From a virus (Duplodnaviria; Caudoviricetes), in IMG/VR virus record IMGVR_UViG_3300028392_002123: DNA of 64,000 bases; one strand, written 5' to 3'. This document shows, piece after piece, positions 63,680 through 64,000 of this stretch; the first letter of the stretch is position 1; the number at the start of each line of letters is the position of its first letter. Under the pieces are notes generated by a model. The model did not search any database and was not told the origin of the DNA. It was given only the letters and a program-made list of their open reading frames with translations. Made by a program: the position numbers and the translations under genes.

Positions 63680-64000
63680 AATAGAATTATATAACTGTCT
63701 AACTAGATTTGGTCAACTATATGAATTGAGTATTAAAGACGACGTCTTTGATTTATTAAACAATATAAAAAAATTCGACTCTGATTGGAAAGTTTATAAT
63801 CCAAGAAAGAAAATTAATAGACAGGGTCTAAGCATTACCAGCATCGATGGTGGACTGTCTGGTATACCAGACTTGGACAGCGTATATGAATATAATAAAA
63901 CAAACAATTTACTGTTAACAGAAAGTTCTTTTAATAAAAAAACACCGGTGTATCAATACTGTGCTAAGTGGCTGGACTTCTTAGGAGATAACATTGGGCG
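63672..64000 (+). CDS. Conserved phage protein, possibly Fe(II)/2OG oxygenase-like, 3' truncated
   Basis: I translated it from ATG 63672 and found it open to the window end: MNEIELYNC...WKVYNPRKKINRQGLSITSIDGGLSGIPDLDSVYEYN. It is not in the supplied track; ATG overlaps the upstream TGA. Confidence 0.55.
   Translation, partial: MNEIELYNCLTRFGQLYELSIKDDVFDLLNNIKKFDSDWKVYNPRKKINRQGLSITSIDGGLSGIPDLDSVYEYNKTNNLLLTESSFNKKTPVYQYCAKWLDFLGDNIG

Noticed and set aside
1-64000. Stop-codon reassignment (code 15 or 4), as seen in some jumbo phages
   Set aside because: Genes are full length, tile the sequence and overlap neatly in code 11.
1-64000. tRNA genes, CRISPR arrays, rRNA, integrase or transposase
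   Set aside because: Intergenic gaps are all under about 100 nt and show no cloverleaf or repeat-spacer structure; no recombinase motifs were seen.

Overview
This 64 kb window is a coding-dense, AT-rich segment of a large contractile-tailed (myovirus-type, probably jumbo) bacteriophage. It reads well in the standard code 11 and is truncated mid-gene at both ends. It has four blocks. (1) 1-5435 (+): hub-like protein and gp5-like spike, each with a lysozyme-like domain. (2) 5432-11087 (-): an inverted island with an ATP-dependent DNA ligase behind a perfect sigma70 promoter, a MazG-like NTP pyrophosphohydrolase, one radical SAM enzyme and many small ORFs. (3) 11182-29134 (+): HNH nuclease, gp25, gp6-like wedge, a 2991-aa baseplate protein, a tail protein with an autocleaving chaperone-like domain, and a subtilisin (S8) protease fused to a virion-type domain carrying a (Gly-Tyr)n tract. 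(4) 29187-64000 (+): about 39 co-oriented, mostly overlapping genes encoding only modification-type enzymes or unknowns. These include 10 radical SAM proteins, about 10 glycosyltransferase-like proteins in three families, 5 SGNH-like proteins plus one fused to a radical SAM, a cupin/nucleotidyltransferase-kinase/SnoaL/SdhL/GatZ-like sugar module, a carbamoyltransferase, a methyltransferase and a QueC-like PP-loop enzyme. Block 4 follows the tail genes directly and shares a TAAATA late-promoter-like motif with them. The best candidate new system is therefore a late-expressed virion surface glycosylation and radical-SAM tailoring pathway; DNA hypermodification is the main alternative. All product calls come from motifs read by eye; no database searches were run.
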